From the IMG/VR virus record IMGVR_UViG_2706794698_000014: 7,271 bases of DNA. One strand, written 5' to 3'. This document shows, one piece after another, positions 6,859-7,271 of this stretch. This stretch comes from a virus (lineage: Duplodnaviria; Heunggongvirae; Uroviricota; Caudoviricetes). The notes beneath the pieces were generated by a model, which was given only the letters and a program-made list of their open reading frames with translations, searched no databases and was not told where the DNA came from. The translations under genes and the position numbers were made by a program. Position 1 is the first letter of the stretch. Every line of letters begins with the position of its first letter.

Positions 6859-6902
6859 GGTAACGCTTTTTGATCCGTTTGTGTAACGCTGGCAGCGTTA
6901 CC
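6859..6902. repeat. Iteron-like repeats: GTAACGC half-sites at 6860-6866 and 6883-6889, the second forming a near-palindrome TGTAACGC-TGGCA-GCGTTACC (6882-6902)
   Basis: Seen directly in the sequence. Located within the acidic linker-coding region (EEEEED) of the replication initiator, the position where lambdoid origins lie. Confidence 0.4.
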
Positions 6903-6928
6903 TTTTCGTTTCAGTTCGCGTATTTTTG

Positions 6929-7192
6929 TTACTCGCTCGTTTGTAACCGCCCGTTTTTTTTAGAGCTTTTTCCGTTATGACGTTCAAAGTTAGGTAGAGA
7001 AAGCCCTCCGTCATTTTCGACCAGCCATCCAACCTGAATTAACGCATCAGCAAAACCAGACATAAAAGTGATGCGATCTATTGCACTTTTTGTAACGCCG
7101 CGAGCGTTACAATCTGCATTACCGTCTATCATTTGTTGATCCGCCCATGCCCAGAAGCGAATAACCTGAGGTAGCCTGAGTTTAACGGACAC
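6929..7192 (-). CDS. Phage replication initiator, N-terminal DNA-binding segment (lambda O-like by weak resemblance). The likely native start is the ATG at 7130-7132. The frame is interrupted at an A8 run and upstream sequence beyond 7166 appears to belong to an IS element.
   Basis: Open frame ending at TAA 6929-6931. The ORF-track start at 7192 is a GTG abutting its own putative Shine-Dalgarno and falls inside the IS end. The segment …KSAIDRITFMSGFADALIQVGWLVENDGG… loosely resembles the lambda O N-terminal domain (…KPMDRITDSQLSEITKLP…). A second frame continues from 6959 into the mask with no start codon (see findings). Confidence 0.4.
   Translation of the reverse strand: MSVKLRLPQVIRFWAWADQQMIDGNADCNARGVTKSAIDRITFMSGFADALIQVGWLVENDGGLSLPNFERHNGKSSKKNGRLQTSE
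7091..7111. repeat. Perfect palindrome TGTAACGC-CGCGA-GCGTTACA (8-bp arms, 5-bp spacer) sharing the same half-site as the 6859-6902 repeats
   Basis: Seen directly in the sequence. Candidate initiator or regulator binding site. Confidence 0.4.
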
Positions 7193-7271
7193 TCCTTCCT
7201 GAAATAGAATGGCATCAGAAGGAGCTAATAATGAGCAGAAAAACCCAACGTTACTCTAAAGAGTTCAAAGC
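7167..7271 (+). mobile_element. Left end of an IS3-family insertion sequence (IS600-like), continuing beyond the window
   Basis: An orfA-like start lies 64 bp in from a TGAGG… terminus, the usual IS3-family layout. A GGACAC motif at positions 21-26 from the proposed end matches the same offset in the IS3 left inverted repeat as I remember it. The exact boundary is inferred. Confidence 0.55.
7231..7271 (+). CDS. IS3-family transposase OrfA, N-terminus (MSRKTQRYSKEFKA…), truncated by the window edge
   Basis: ATG at 7231 with AAGGAG 6 nt upstream. The …YSKEFKAEA… helix-turn-helix signature is typical of IS3-family OrfA (IS600-like from memory). Confidence 0.6.
   Translation, partial: MSRKTQRYSKEFK

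Noticed and set aside
6379-6873. 164-aa plus-strand ORF, plus the other plus-strand ORFs that run through masked blocks (439..816, 494..790, 2943..3595, 6022..6327, 6495..6779)
   Set aside because: Antisense to the DnaC-like and other minus-strand genes, or composed mostly of N-derived X residues. The ORF finder reads N as non-stop codons, so these are artefacts.

Overview
This window reads as the early-right/nin/Q arm of a lambdoid, probably defective, prophage from an Enterobacteriaceae (E. coli/Shigella-like) genome, with every convincing gene on the minus strand. Reading right to left: a replication-initiator gene (lambda O-like, carrying a frame break at an A8 run and palindromic iteron-like repeats), a DnaC-like helicase loader, a winged-HTH protein, a zinc-ribbon protein, a QueH-like (DUF208) protein, a hok/sok-type type I toxin-antitoxin locus with its own promoter and terminator, a partly masked hypothetical gene, then a translationally coupled DUF1367 / DUF1364 (YbcO-like) / Q-antiterminator chain, a bidirectional intrinsic terminator, an AT-rich spacer, and a gene whose C-terminus resembles TolA domain III. 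The right edge (7167 onward) is the left end of an IS3-family element with the start of its orfA. The most unusual items are the TolA-domain-III-like cargo gene in the post-Q position and the wHTH / zinc-ribbon / QueH-like block. Five blocks of about 250 N each (514-778, 3018-3279, 3283-3523, 6070-6322, 6523-6772) cannot be interpreted. All family assignments come from reading the ORF translations against remembered sequences; no database search was run. The ORF track uses GTG/TTG as well as ATG starts, so starts were rechecked by hand.
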